DNA of 64,000 nt from Lama glama (GCA_028534125.1 CM052817.1:73100001-73164000); one strand, 5' to 3'; numbered from the stretch's first letter, positions 13,157 through 27,509 are shown. The notes: generated from the sequence alone by a model not told the origin. A program made the numbers and translations.

Positions 13157-14690
13157 GTGAGATCCCAATGGGAGGCACTGGGGGGAGTGGGGAACAGCAG
13201 GTTTGCTCTCCTCTCCCCTGCCTGAACGGCACGTTCTCATCTCTGCCCTATTTTTCTTCTCTTGGCAGATGACCACCGAGAAATGAGTGGATTTCTAGGG
13301 CATGAATGGGACATGGGCTGCGGGCGGACGGGCCAGGGAGGAAGCCTACTTTGTTGCAGTGAATTGCTGTCAGTTCTAATTTTAAGCTTCAATAAACATG
13401 AGGCTACAAGAAACAGTTTAGTTCAAGAAGAACAAAGGGTCCAAGTGGGCTGGTGCACGTAAATTTCAATTATTAAAAAATTGAAGCCACTTCTGAATGG
13501 TGGCACCTACTTTTTTTTCAAACTAGGCTTTTGTGCTTCATCAGTTTCCATAGACTTCCACAGTTTCCACAAATATGTCATCTCATCAGTCCCATCTCTC
13601 TGTTTTGATGATCAGTATATTTCTCATGTTGTATTTACATGCCATTTGTAAAATAAATCCACTAATACTGATAAATACTTATTGTATCATTATCAGGGTG
13701 TAAGAATTCGGCTTTTTTGCTCATTCATAGCTTGTGCCATTGACAGTTTTAGGTGAGTCATTGGGAAGTTTTCAGTCACAAAGTCTAGAAAGTTAGAAGG
13801 TTAAAGCAATTCTCATTTCTTTTTTAGCCAGTTTTGGAGAGGCAACCTTCTTCCCTTAGATTTCTTTTTAGCATTCAAATAATTTTCCTTCATTTCTATC
13901 AGTGTGTCCTTTTTATGTGCTTTTAATATTTTTCTTTCTATTTTTAGTGATTTGCTATCCCTTACAGAAATAAGATTCCTGTATAAAATGCACAGTCCCC
14001 ATCTCTTTTGTTGTTGATTATGTAATGGGGAAAAGTTCTGGGAGAGTCTTTCCCCTGTCTTCTTGTACATAGGCACATACATTTTTACAGGGGAACATTT
14101 AGGTGCCTTTAGAAGTCTAATTTTTTGTAGCCTGTCATCTGTACTCTTTTCAAGATAAAATACCCCATATCTAGTTGCTTCACAACCTTAGTTTGTGTTT
14201 TCCTTCTTTACTAGTCAGATACATCAGTGTGTGACCTTGCTCGCTCCAGTGCTGGTCCTAGTTCTCCCTGGGGGCAGTGTGTTGTGTTCTGTTATTTCTC
14301 CTGAAGTTTTTTTCTTGTCCTTTTACTACATCGTGTCCTTTGTCTCTTCAGCCTAAATTCCTTTAAGCTTTGTGTTCTCCCTAGTAAAGACTCTGAGCCC
14401 CCAATTGGGAAGCATTTTCTTTTTCTTTTTCTCCCCAAGTAGCACAGAATAGGAGAAATAATCAGTTTAGTTCCAGATAAGGCAAATCACGACTGCAAAA
14501 TCACTGCATTAGCCATGGCCCTTCAGGTAAGCTGCTTGGGAAGTGAGTGATCAGAGAGGAGGAGGAGGCTACTGCTCCATCAGGCGCTGACTGCTGGGGA
14601 TGGCTGAATCCTATAAACCAGTTAGGGAGGAACCCTGTGCTGAGCCATTGACAGACTCAGCATTTGCCCATCACCACTGCCTGCTGCAAG

Positions 14691-14725
14691 GCCCACTCGA
14701 GCGCCACAGCCCACTCGAGCGCCAC
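14691..14725. repeat. Tandem duplication gcccactcgagcgccac x2 (period 18)
   Basis: Identical 17-mers at 14691-14707 and 14709-14725. Confidence 0.95.
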
Positions 14726-15299
14726 TGGTGAGGCTGGATGCAGTCTGAACGCAGAGCTGTCCCTCGACAGGTGGTTTCAGAGAAGCTCTAGCTTGCGAGT
14801 TGGGCCGCCACCACCACCGATGTCGTCACCCGCATGTGCTCCAAGAGAAAGGCATTAGTACAGGGTCACTTAAGGCGACAGGGCCAGCCAGCAGACTCGA
14901 ACATGAACACTGTGGTTTTTATCCTTTTCCCTCCTCCTCTCAGCCCCATCCTTTTCCCTCAGAAGTTGTCCTAGTCAGCATGGATGACTAGCCCAAGCAA
15001 CTCCCCTGAGATGAGATAGAGAAGGAACTGAAATCCAAACAGAGATACATTTTTAAAACATATTTTAGACGCATCTTACATTTCAGGACTTTCCACGCTG
15101 TGGCATGATCTGTAGGAAAAGGGTGGTACAAAGAGGCAAAAATGATGTGTAAAATATAGATTTTTCTCCATCATCATGAAGAAATTTTGAAAATATTTAA
15201 AGCTTTTCAGTGCCAAAACATAATGAAATTCTCTGAAACCAGAAATCACATTTCTCTTCTCATTTAACTACTCCTTTGATTCCTGAGTTTGACACTCAT

Positions 15300-15427
15300 A
15301 GACAGAGTGTCCAAATAATTTATCAGTCATGCTGGACTACTTTTGAGAGTGAAGAAGAGTGCTGTTGATAAGTACACTATGACTACATAAGACTGCCCTA
15401 AGCAAACAAAACTGAATAGTCATCCTA
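15300..15427. mobile_element. MER81-like hAT DNA transposon relic
   Basis: ataatttatc...cttttgagagtgaa...gtcatccta resembles the MER81 consensus as I recall it. Confidence 0.55.
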
Positions 15428-15899
15428 TTTGTGATTATTTAGAAATATCATTTCAGAAGTTTTCTCTATATATATATTGGAAATGTTTTCAGAGGTCAAA
15501 ATTATGTCAATGGTGGTAGGAGGAGATTGTGACCACGTAGGTCTCCAACCCCATGGTTGTGCCTTTGTTGAGGGGGTGTTGTCATACAGTGGGTGGACAG
15601 TAGTTCTGGGTTGCTGAATGGGGTGGTGGACGAGAGTGGGGGGCAGTGTTTTCAGTGTGATATTTGTAAGTCATCCTTAGTCGTCAGTTCAGATCATTCA
15701 CTGGCATGGCCCATGCATTAGCCTCTCAATGCCAAGCAGTCCTTCCCCATTGGGAGACTTTTTTACGTTTGTCCAGTTGGTGGCAAGGACATAAAAAGGC
15801 ATTAGGAACCAAGACAGATTTACATTTCCTTCCTTCTCTTCTTTTTCTACTCTTTCTGTCACACCTCTTTTGTCCTATTTAGCATGTCTCATGTAAACA

Positions 15900-16600
15900 T
15901 AAGACTGATCCTTCTTTTAATCATCATTGTGTGTTTTACAGAAGTGGTAAGACATGATGCCTGTCTTCAGGGAACTGGCAGTCCACAGCACAGTGAGAGG
16001 GCAGGTGTGGCTAGAGAGCAGTGGCGTGAACACTGAAAGGAGCATGCACCTGTGGGTTTGGGAGCACTTACAAGGGGCATCTCAATTCACTGGGAGATCA
16101 TGGCAGGCTGATGAGAAGTGGCAGAGTTTGCATTGAATGCTGAAATGAAGTCAGTGGGCCTGAACTTGGCCATGAAGCAATTGAGGGAGGGCAGTGCAAA
16201 CAGGGAGGACAGGATGTGCAAAAGGAGCAAAGAATTTTGTGTAGAGCAATGGCCTGGTCAATCTTGTTTTTAGCAAACTGGGGGTCAACAATGCAGAAGA
16301 TGAAGTGGATGGGGCAAGATAGGAAACAATGATTCAAACAAGAATTACTGATAATTAAAAGGAGAAGATTCATCTTAGGATTCACAGAATTTGATAACTA
16401 GTTAGATTCGGTGAGGACGAGGGAGCAAAACTTCTGGGTTTCAGACTTGGGTGACTCAGTGAATGGTAGTAGCATTTATCAAAATAGAACATAGAGAGAG
16501 AAACACATATTTAGAGAAAAGGTGATGAGTTCAGTTTTAGATGTGTTGAGTCTGAGATGTCTGCAAACCAAGCACCTAGAGGTTTATAGCTGGCAGTCAT
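15900..16600 (-). mobile_element. L2 LINE fragment
   Basis: gatgagttcagttttagatgtgttgagtctgagatgtctg and related antisense L2 motifs. Confidence 0.65.
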
Positions 16601-16605
16601 ATATC

Positions 16606-16905
16606 CAGGTCTGTGATCCCTTATTCACAGACGTAGGGGTCACATGTGCTTCAGAATTCAGGATTTTTTCAAATATTAGAAAGAGTAGTGTGGTGCATAT
16701 ACTATCTGTTTATTAGCACTCCAGCAGAAGCTGGGGGCAGCATCTACAATCAAACATTAAAATTTTTAGAGCAAAACTTTGACTAATCTCACCAAGCAGG
16801 ATAAACAAGATTATAGCCTTTAGTCAATTCAAGTCTGGTTTGGGTGTCAAGCTTAAGAAAAAACCTTCTAGTTTCCAGAGCTTTTGGGGTTTGGGTAGGA
16901 GACTG
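16606..16905 (+). mobile_element. MER46C-like TcMar-Tigger DNA transposon
   Basis: caggtctgtgatcccttattc...cagaattcaggatttttt...ggggcagcatc...ccagagcttttgg. Confidence 0.7.
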
Positions 16906-17429
16906 TTAACAACTATAATTAGGTTTGGTGTCCATTAGGAGATTAACTATATCTCCTACTGTGAAACAAGGCCATTTCATAATAAACTGATGTGGGGTTT
17001 TATATTCATTGTCTATATTCAAATGTAGTCCACAGTGAAAGTCAGAGGTGAGGTGAGGTCTTAGAGAAGTAAATAAGAATTTGTACAAATTGATTCTCTG
17101 CATTACCAGCTGCCACAAGCCCCAAATGCCATTCCACCTCAGTCCCTTTCTCATTTTACAGGGAGAATATTTCCTTCATTCCTTTCTCTAATTCTTCATG
17201 CAGAGATAGTCACTGAAGTGCTTTACTTCCTGCTAAAAACCTTTCTTAATGCCTGACTACCCCAGTTTACCTGTAGGGCAAAGTAGTCCAGGGCCACCCC
17301 TGACAGATAGCTTTTTGCTCTCAGACCAGCCAGCAAGAGGTAGGGGGAAAAAAAGTTTGCCACTGAGGTGCTTCATCATAACATTGGTAACTCAACAGCC
17401 TTTTCTTTGACTGCAATTTCCTTACCTGA

Positions 17430-17657
<228 letters not shown>

Positions 17658-18739
17658 TAAGTGGTCTAATAGATTAAATTTCTCTGAAGCATAGACAGCC
17701 ATTACCTTTATGCCAGCTCTGCCAGACTGAGTAATGTGGGGGGAAAAGCTTTTAGGAAAGCTCCGCTTGCCCGTAAGACCCTCTGTTGGAAAACCAAATC
17801 AAGTAAAAGTGAAGAAGGGTGGTCAGTGGGCCCAATGAGAACCTGTCATGCTGAAATATTTGCATATCTTTGGTGGGCCAGAAGCAGTAGTTTTGATTCC
17901 ACCCTGCCTTATAGCATTTTTCTTTTTGACATGCTACTTTCTAAAAGTGAGGCAGATTAAAAAAATTAATTCACCACTGTTACATCAGTGTGACTCTCTG
18001 TCTAAGTTATTGGAGTCTGACATGTCCCTTCCCTGAGCCCTGCCTGGAATCCTATTTGTTCCTTTATCTCACTGTGATTCAGGCTGCTTAGAAAGTATCA
18101 AGTCAAAGTCATTGACATGAGTTGGCTTATCCCTCAACTCTTGTATTGGAAATTAATCGAATGGGCACCTCCACCCCAGATAGGAGAGAGCCTCAAGAAT
18201 AACACGTGAACTCAGATCTGAGCTCAGATTTCAGGCTTAAGATCTGGGGGTGCTACTAGGAGTGCCATTTTCCTTTTTGGTAGCATTTTCCCTCCACGTT
18301 CTCTTAGATGATTAGCAAAGAAGAGAGTCTATCAGCTTGTGTTTTTTTTTTTCTCATCTAAAATATATACATTTGTCTGGAGACCAGGCATTACAAGCAA
18401 TCGCAGTATCCTAAGAATTTTCTTTTATCAGTTTACATGGGAATGTGTTTTGGGATCATCCCCAAAATAAACATATAGACTTAGTCTTTGTCTATCAAAA
18501 CAAAAATCCAGGGAAGACCCCCTGATCTATGCACACATAACAGCATCATTGGCGACTTGATAGAAACAGTAACCACCACCCCGCCTTCCACACCAACCCT
18601 GCAAGAAAATAAGCAGACTGGGTTAAGCAGACTAAGGACAGCAGGCAAAGAAGAAAAACAAATCCAGTGGTGAGCCAGGGGTTTTAAATAAGTGTGCTTA
18701 TTATTAGTGGAGAGTGGAATGGACCAAAAACTATAATGT

Positions 18740-18940
18740 GTATAACACGCTAGGGTTTACAGAATGCTTGCACACGCGTCATCTCATTTAATTCTCAAAA
18801 TAATGCTCCAGTGATTATTACTGTTATCATCCCCATTTCGCAGGTGAGGAAATTAAGGTGCAGGGAGATTAACTCGCCCAGGGCAACAGACAAGTGAGTG
18901 ACAGGGCTGTGACTCATGCCCCTTCCTCCATCCCATTCCA
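18740..18940 (-). mobile_element. MIR SINE
   Basis: catctcatttaattctca...ccccatttcgcaggtgaggaaattaagg core. Confidence 0.7.
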
Positions 18941-19059
18941 GGCTCTCCTCCAGGAAGCCCCAGGGGCTGACCTTGAAAGCACAGGGAGAAGCTGTGAGAC
19001 TTGCTCACTCTAATCTGAGCGGTAGGCTTCCACAAGAGCTTTAATGTTCTACATCTCAA

Positions 19060-19218
19060 TACGTTAGGCCCTGGCCACATGTGGCTCTTGAGGACCTGAA
19101 ATGTGACCAGAATGATTGAAGAACTGAATTTTTAGTTTTATTTAATTTTTAAAATGAACTTCTATACAAAGAGCCACGTGTGACTAGGGCTACTATTTTA
19201 TTGGACAGTGCAGCTCTA
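19060..19218. mobile_element. MER3/MER33-like hAT-Charlie relic
   Basis: gccacatgtggctcttgag...gccacgtgtgactagggctac...ttggacagtgcagctcta. Confidence 0.65.
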
Positions 19219-19221
19219 AAA

Positions 19222-19410
19222 CAGTGGTGCTTAAGTCAGCTCTCCCAACAACAGCGCTGGCACTACCTGGAAACTTGTTGGAAATTCAGATTCTTAAGCC
19301 CTACGCTAGTTTTACCAGATCAAGAATTCTGAGGCTGAGGGTCTAGGAGTCAGCATTACGCAAGCCCTCCAGACAATTCTGATGCATGTTAGAGTTTGAG
19401 AACCACTGCT
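19222..19410. mobile_element. MER5A-like hAT-Charlie element
   Basis: cagtggtgctta...aattctgatgcatgttagagtttgagaaccactg terminal inverted repeats. Confidence 0.75.
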
Positions 19411-22400
19411 GTGAAAGAGGAGGGTGATGATTGATGGGGAAAGGCAGAGAGCATGAACAAGGGTAGGAGTGGAGAAGGACTTGGAAAGCCCTGTGATGTC
19501 CAGCCGGTGGCATGTAAGAACTTTATATAGCGTCCAAGGAAGATGAGAGCAGGATAGCTTCACAGAGGGGGTGACCTCTGCTTCGACCTTTGGAGCTTAG
19601 AAAGTTCCTCTGAATTTCCAACGCAGGCTGAGATACGGAGATGCAGCCCATCCCTATAACCAGAGTTTTACTCCTTTGATTCCACCCCCTAATCACCAGA
19701 TCCCCTTCACTGCTTTCAAAGACGATAGTGATACTGGCTGAAAAGGTGAAAATGGTGTTTTAAAAACTCCAAGTAATGCTGTGTTTGGGAGTTAATGTGA
19801 GTTGAGAGACAAGCTCTTCATAGTTTGTTAGACTGTTTCAGGAGGCCATTCATTGTTCCTTCTATATTCACAGAAGTCACAATTAGGGGGAAATAGAGGC
19901 ACAGAAAATTTAAGAAATTTGTGCCCAGCTCCCAAGATTACTCAGCTGTGAGAATTCATCCATTAGACTACTTTAGGCCCCTAATGTGTTTAACCTGGGA
20001 GCTTTTTGAACTCTGGGCATCATTTTCTTTAGCTTACCCAGCAAGCTATAAATTAAGCAACCACACCTCCTAAAGACTCTTAGAATGCTTTTCTATTGTG
20101 TCAGACCCCCAGTGCACAATCGCTAAACCACTCTGTTTTGTAAACACGGAGAACCATAGTACCCTGTGAACTCATGTTCCTTGTAATATCTTAGCTTGTC
20201 CAAAGTACCTTGAGGAAATTCCATGATTTGTTTTTGTCCCATTATACACTGGTTTCAATATTATACTTTCCTGAAGCTGAATGGCCATGTTTTAATCATC
20301 AACTGTGAGATTCTGTTCTCACATAAAAAATAGTTAAAGGCTGCTGAGTTTGTCTTTTCCCTTATCTCTTCTTACAGTTTTTTTTCATGGACCTAAATTT
20401 CTATGATTTGTTTTGTCTTGAAATGAATCCTTCCCATAAAAAGTTTCCCCTCCATTTGAAAAATTATCATTGCACTTGGAGTGTAAACACTGTCTTTAAG
20501 TAAATTCCACTATTAGAGCAAAGTTAAGCATAGAATTGTGCTGAGTGCCTGATTTGGTAAAAATTAAGAGTCATTTTTAATTACTCTCTTAGGCTGAACC
20601 AAGAAAAATCATCTGTGCTTTGTGCTTTGCTTTCTGTTCTCCACAGCCTCCCCCGTTTCCTCCCTCTCCACTCCCCTCTCCTCCTTCCCCATCCCCCCCA
20701 CACTCCCTACCCCCGATCTTTTCTCCTTTGGTGTGTGGCCACAGACAGAAATTTATGGCAGGGGCCAACCTCCTTTACACTCCACACAAAGCTTGCTGAC
20801 TTGAGAGAGTTTGTCCGCTCTCTCCCAGAAAAAACACCTGCAGTACGCTCCCCAAGAAACCTGGAGAGATGGGAGATTAATGTGGCTGTAATAGCTGGGC
20901 AGTGTTTTTGGTATTATGCCCTCTCCCCAGGTAGATGGGTCTTTTCCGAGATGATACCAATTATTTATTGCTGAAACATCTGTTGATAACTGCAGCTGCC
21001 CTTGTGAAACAAAGCATATCACGGGGTCACAGGCTACAGGGACCTAAAATCCAACCTCATGCTAGTTTTAGACTATTCAGTAAACCCCCAAGTCCATGGG
21101 TTACCATCATCTTTAATGTCTCATCATGCCATAGAAAATACTTTATAAACACTGCCCTGCCCTGCCCTACAAGCTTTGAAGTATTATTTCATCTTCATCG
21201 GTAATTTATATTCCAGCGCCATTGTATTGTGGGAAAAAGAGGGGGAATGTGTTTTGTTTTCCATTTAATTGTATATCGCCTGACACTGTGACCTGTATTA
21301 TTAGTATTAGTCAGAAAAAGGATTTTCTCCCTCTCTTATTTAAAAATAAAATTTCAAGGGAAAGTAAGTGCTCCTTCAGCTCCTTTCACTCAAAACAATG
21401 TTTACACTCTGAGAGGGAAGGATGAAAAGCGCAAGCAATTTTTTTCAAGTGTCAGAGAAGGGCATTTCAGTTTTTGAAAGAGAACAGTAAGGCCCTTATA
21501 AATATCATTCAGCAAAACCTTTGATGGATTTTTTCAAAAAGTTTTGAAGGCATTTAGCGTTAGCTTCTGTTTAGCTTGGTTTGAGGCAGGCACAGTAGAG
21601 TTCTAACGAGTCAAACCATCCTCACTTGTGGGATGCCAGGGAATGTAGGCACCGGCCTCAATGTGATTGCCAACTTCTGTGATTTCTTCAGTAACTTTCC
21701 CACTTCTGAAAAGGACAGTTGCTACATGATTAAAAGAAAATACGAAAAGAGAACTTTTGAAAGGGAGATAAAGAGCATGTTTGGATTTGCATGTCAGTGG
21801 CAGTTGCGAGCAGACTGGGTTGCAAGGCCAAGAATGGTTTCATAGACCCTGGTTTTGAGCATTCCCTGCAGATTTGGGGGTCCTGATGCTGGGGTGGACT
21901 GGCCTCTCCCCAGCCCACAACATTTCTGTCGGGGGTAGGGAACCAGAATTTAGTGTGGTGCCTCCGTAAGGAGATACACTGTACTCTTTACAGCATGGCT
22001 AACTGCAGTACATGGAGATGAAGCAGGCTCAGAATGAGGGTATTTTTTCCATTTCCTTTTAAACTTTTACAACCATGAAAATGGGTAATCTGATAAACTT
22101 TATTCAACAAAGCTTTTTTGGAAATACCTGTACTACCTTGCAGTGGTTTGAAGAGAGACCAAAAATAAATAAATAGTTGATTTCTTAGGCTAATACGGTT
22201 TAAAAAGCATTTGTGGATGAATAGAGTTGGATAAATTTAGCTTTCAGAATATTTTTTCTAATATGTCTCTTTAGATAATCTAGGTGCCTTTAACTTGTTG
22301 ATATTTTTATTTTTGAACTACCTGAATGTTAAAAAGTCAAGAATTAAAACATAAATAAACATGAATAAATATATAAGAATTGCTCATTATAAGATTACAG

Positions 22401-22526
22401 GGCTTTTTTAAATGTCTAGTATGAATGACCTGGGAACAGAGAGGTAGAAAGGGTCTTTAGCAAAAGATAAAGTGTGAATTTATTAGGAAATGAGATGTCA
22501 AGTTGAAGAAAGATATGGTGTATGAG

Positions 22527-23317
22527 CACCAGTCAGAATAGCCATCATTAAAATGTTCACAGACAAAAAAATGCCAGAGAAGGTGTGGAGAAAAAAGAAT
22601 CCTTCTACAACATTGGTGGGAATGTAAATTGGTGCAGCCACTATGGAGGTTCCTTAAAAAACTAAAAATAGAGTTACCATATGATCAAGCAATCCCACTC
22701 CCAAGCATATAGCTAAAGAAAATTCTAATTTGAAAAGATACATGCACCCTAATGTCCATAGCAGCACCATTTACAATAGCCAAGACATGGAATTAACCTA
22801 ATTGTCCATCGGTAGATGATTGGGTAAAGAAGATGTGGTATATATGCATACACAATGGAATACTACTTAGGCATAAAAAAGAATGAAATAATGCTATCTG
22901 CAGCAACATCGATGGACCTAGAGATTATCATACTAAGTAAAATAAGTCATTCAGAGAAAGATAAATATCATATGATATCACTTATATGTGGAATCTAAAA
23001 AAAATGACACAAATGAACATTTATTTATGAAACAGAAACAGCCTCATAGACATAGAGAACAAACTTATGATTACCAAAGGAGATGGAGGGGGAGCAATAA
23101 ATTAGGAGTTTGGGATTTACAGACACAAACTACTATATATAAAGTAGATAAACAACAAGGTCCTACTGTATAGCACAAGGAACTATATTCAGTAGCTTGT
23201 AATAACCTATAATGAAAATGAATATGAAAAAAATATATATATACATAACTGAATCACTATGCTGTACACCAGAAACTAACACAGCCTAGTAAATCAACTA
23301 CTTCAATTAAAAAAAAA
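22527..23317 (+). mobile_element. 5'-truncated artiodactyl-type L1 (ORF2 end, 3' UTR, poly-A)
   Basis: ggtgggaatgtaaattggtgcagccactatgga...gctgtacaccagaaactaacac plus A tail; 18-bp TSD at 22509-22526 and 23318-23335 with 3 mismatches. Confidence 0.92.
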
Positions 23318-23953
23318 AAAGATACAGTGTGTGAGGACTAGGTAAGAGGTTGAGCTGCTATCCTGGGAACAATAAAATTTCCTCCATGAATAGGCTCTAG
23401 GCAAAAAGATGTTCTTAAAAACTAATTTAAAAACAATATATCTCAGGTACCAGTTTTCATATTAGTAATAGAGAATTTAAAAACAGTAAAACATGCTTTT
23501 GAAATTATGATTTGTTCAGCAACTGATTTTCTCAAATGAGGTTTTCATCTTTAACTATGTGCTTTAGGGCTTTAATAACTGAAATCTTTTTTGTCAGGAT
23601 ACAAAAAGCAAAGTGAATGCAAACTGTATATTTATTCATTCATTCAGCAAAACTTTACTGAATGTTATCATGTGCCAGGCATTTTATATAAAGCACTGAG
23701 AAAAATGCAAAAGAAATAGAAGACCTAGTTCCTGTTTTGGAAAAATTACCAAAATGAAGAGATAGGGCAACCCTTTGTCAAAAACCTGCTCGTTGGAATG
23801 GTTCCTCCCATTTATTGACCAGCTAATATGTGGCAGGTACTCAATACATATTCTTCTAATTCCTACAGACTTGACCATATGACCTGACTTACCAGTGAAA
23901 CGTGATTAGAAGTGACATATGTTAGTCCCAAGCAGAAGCTTTATAAACCATTG

Positions 23954-23993
23954 TGTAGTTCAGCAATTGAAACTTGTAGTTCAGCAATTGAAA
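23954..23993. repeat. Tandem duplication tgtagttcagcaattgaaa x2 (period 21)
   Basis: Identical 19-mers at 23954-23972 and 23975-23993. Confidence 0.9.
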
Positions 23994-24187
23994 ACATCCC
24001 CAAATGAAACTTTCCTTTGCCTCATGAACAAGAAAGGGGCTTTCCTCAGGCTGGATCCTAGAAAGGGCAATGTACCTGGAGCAGAGTTTCAGAGTTGAAG
24101 CCAAACAGTACCCAATGTGAAATATGAATAACAAAAACTTTGTTGTTAAAGGCATTAAAATTTGAGGGTTATCACAGTTTTACCAAG

Positions 24188-24608
24188 TGTTATGGGTTGA
24201 TTTGTCCTCCACCAAAATATATTGGAGTCCTAATCCTCAGTGCCTCAGAATGTGACTTTATTTGAAGATAGGGACATTGCAGAGGTAATTAGTTAAGATG
24301 AGGTCATTCTGGAGTAAGGTGAGCCCTTAATCCAGTCTGACGGGTGTCCTTATAAGAAGGTGGCCATGTGAAGACAAAGACATAGGGAGAATGCCATGTC
24401 ATGACAGAGGCAGAGACAAATTATGCAGCTACAGGACAAGGAATGCAAAGATTTCTGACAATACCAGAAGCTAAGAGAAAGGCATGGAACCTTAGAGAGA
24501 GCATGACTCTTCAGACTTCCAGCTTCCAGAACTTTGAAACAATACATCTCTATGTTTTAAGCCACTCATTTGTGGTACTTTGCGTGGCTGCCATAGGAAA
24601 CTAACATA
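24188..24608 (+). mobile_element. MaLR solo LTR (MLT1C-like)
   Basis: tgttatgggttga...ggaaactaacata termini; 5-bp TSD ccaag/ccgag. Confidence 0.85.
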
Positions 24609-25254
24609 CCGAGTGGAAGCTGTTCATGCACATGTGGAAGATGATGAAGCAAGAAAGCTCTCAAATCACTTCAAGATTCTTAGCATGTGGTCCTATGTCC
24701 CTATAGGGAAAAAGGCAAAGTCAAGAGCAGAATTTGTTCAAAAGAACATTTTAACGAAAATCGTTTCTACAAGAAAAAAAAAGTAGGTTCTAGTACCTAC
24801 TGTGTTATTTCATCCCTAAATATGATTGGAGAAGATAGACTGGAGAAAACATCATTCTTCCTACTTCATTCCGTTTTGACCTATGGTACAACAGTCCACT
24901 AAACATCTCCATTTGTATGTCCCAGATATGTCAAGTCCAGTAGGTCCAAACCTTAACTCATCTCCCAACTCCTTCTCCCTCCACCAATCAGATTTTGTCC
25001 TCCAATGATTACAGTATCATTAAATGGTACCATGGACCACCCCGTTATGCAAATCAATACTTACTAATCATCTTTATCTTCCTTTTTGACCCTTGTATCT
25101 CATTGGTTATCAAACCCTACTAATTTTCCTCTTAAATGTTGCTTGTATGCATTTTCCTTTCTTCAACCCTATTGCAACTATAATGGTTCAGACCCTATCA
25201 TCTCTTTCCTAGAGTATGTCCAACTCTTCACCCTATCTCTAGTCATGTCCCCAG

Positions 25255-25650
25255 TATCAGTAAGGATAGTAAGGTTATGCTGTGGAAAAAAAATCCAAAC
25301 AAACTAAAAAATCTTAGGGATTTAAAGCAATTAAGATCTGTTCCTTCCTGTTGCTACATGTCCATCTGATGGAGTGTGGAGGGAGAAATCTCAGCTTTTT
25401 GTCACTCTCTCAGGGACCCAGCTTGATGGAATACTTACCATTTAGAATTTTGCTGATTGCCAGGCAAGGGGAAGGGGAAATTGGAACTTGCTCAGTGGCT
25501 CTTAAATACCTTCGCACAGAGGTGACCATTGGTCTAGAGAAGCCATGTAGTCACACCTCACTTCAAGGAGCCAGGGAAACACGGTTGTACCATGTGCTTT
25601 GAAGGAGGAGCCCCAGAAATAGATTGGTGATAGTACCCATTACTGCCATG
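25255..25650 (-). mobile_element. Old MaLR LTR (MLT1J/I-like) within an L2 fragment
   Basis: tatcagtaaggatagtaaggttatgctg...cattggtctagagaagccatg...cttcaagg. Confidence 0.55.
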
Positions 25651-26301
25651 GCTCCCCAGGCTTTTTCCATATTGCAACCAAAGTTATCTTTCTGAAATAG
25701 CGATCTGATGTTTTTTTCTTGCTTAAATCTTTGGGGTGAGAGTGGGGGAATTGCAGTGTAAACCAATAACATGTATATTTTACAAAAATTCCTAATACTA
25801 ATCCTGAACAATAAAATCTAAATAAATTTGGATGAACATTTTTACTTAAGTGGTGGGATTAGTAGTTACTTTTTATTCTTTCTATTTCCTTGATTCCACA
25901 ATAAACATCTCTTAGCATTATAAAAGAAAGGAAGGGGATTGAGAGAAAGAGAAAAGCATCTGTTGTCCAGTGGTCCTTAAATCTAAATAGGGTCAAATGT
26001 TCAAAAACCTAAGTGAGGATAGCTGGGTTATGCTGCACCACTTCTCTGAGAGTAAGGACAAATACTGAACTGCCCATTTCTAATGGAGAAGCTAAAGCTA
26101 TTAATTAAATGGCCCAGACCATGCATCTTTTCACTGATAAACTGAGGATTCAAAATGCAGTCTTCTTGTTTTGGAATCTTTTCTTTTCCCAGTTGCTGGT
26201 CTCCTATAAGTCAAGTATCATTATTTTCCTGTTAAGTTTTTGGAGGTCATTTTAACACACACGTGTGCACACACACCTATGGAATATACATTCATATATA
26301 T

Positions 26302-26339
26302 ATTGATATTCATGAACAGAATTGATATTCATGAACAGA
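26302..26339. repeat. Perfect tandem duplication attgatattcatgaacaga x2
   Basis: 19-bp unit at 26302-26320 and 26321-26339. Confidence 0.95.
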
Positions 26340-27509
26340 AGTTATTTCTTTATCAAATGATAGAATACCAAAGCTGGAGGGAAATTTAGAGATCATCTAT
26401 GTCAAGCCCATCATTTGGTAGATGGGGAAACTGAAACCCAGGGAAAGTAAGATGTGGCTTGCTGTGCGTCACACAGCCAGTCAGCGGGAGCGGCAGGACC
26501 ACAGCACCCAGGTATCCTAACCTGAGCCTGGCATGTCCTCCCTGTCTACGCATGTCTGTCCTTCACACAGGGCTGTTGGAGGACTGGGGCAGCCTTTGCC
26601 TGGTGCATTCTTATCCTCTCTGCTGCCCTGTAACTGCCCTCTGCCCTCTCTGTTAATGTGATTTGACTTTTTTAATCAGAGCACAATTAAGACAGAAATG
26701 TTGTAATTTCCAATCATCAATATTTAAAACTGTAGTTTCCTCTACTAAACGTTATAGTTCCTATTTTGAAAATAAACCAGACAAAATGTCCAGCTCCACC
26801 AAAAATAAATTTCATTTAATAAGTGAAAATTAGGCAGCAAGAGAATGGAGCCTTCGGAGGATAAATATTAACCCCAAGGCCTATGTGTGTTCAGACTTTA
26901 AGAGAGTATGATTAAAATCACCAAGGATTTAAACCCTGCTCTAAAACTGTGCCAAAAAGCTACCCCTTTCAATACAGTACTTTCCAGTTTCAATGGAAGA
27001 TAAATTAAAATGGTGACTTGTCCTTAAAATTCTACCAGTGAAACTTTGGTTGCCACAGAATCAGGCATGCGAGTTATCCCTTTGATGAGGACTAACCCTA
27101 TGCCTTGGATTTCATGTCTCCCATAATGAGACCCAGAAGCTGAGCCAAGTCTTGGAGGAACTGATCCAACTAAGACAAGTGGGCAGAGCAAATCAGCTCA
27201 AAATGCAGAAAGTAAACAGGTTGAGGTGTTGGGCAGACAGGAGACAGAGATGACTTTCAGAAAAGGATCAGTCCTGGGGATGTGTTTATTCAGTTCTGTC
27301 AGGAAGTAAGAGTAACAGCACCTCTCACACCTTGTATGTTAAGTAAATAAGGAGCTTGAACAGTATTATCTCTAAATATCTATCTACACGTATCTGACGC
27401 TGTGAATATAAACAGTTGAGCCACAGTGTTATGTTTGTACGTCAACCAACACCAAATACTGGCATTTCATGTGAGTCAGTAGGATATGTCCTTCACAGCA
27501 TATAATCTT

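Noticed and set aside
18211..18229. Overlapping palindromes (also tctgagatctcaga at 29121-29134)
   Set aside because: A few 12-14-bp palindromes are expected in 64 kb.
22988..23173. ORFs at 22988 and 30750 resembling database hypothetical proteins
   Set aside because: Both are L1 3' region translations.
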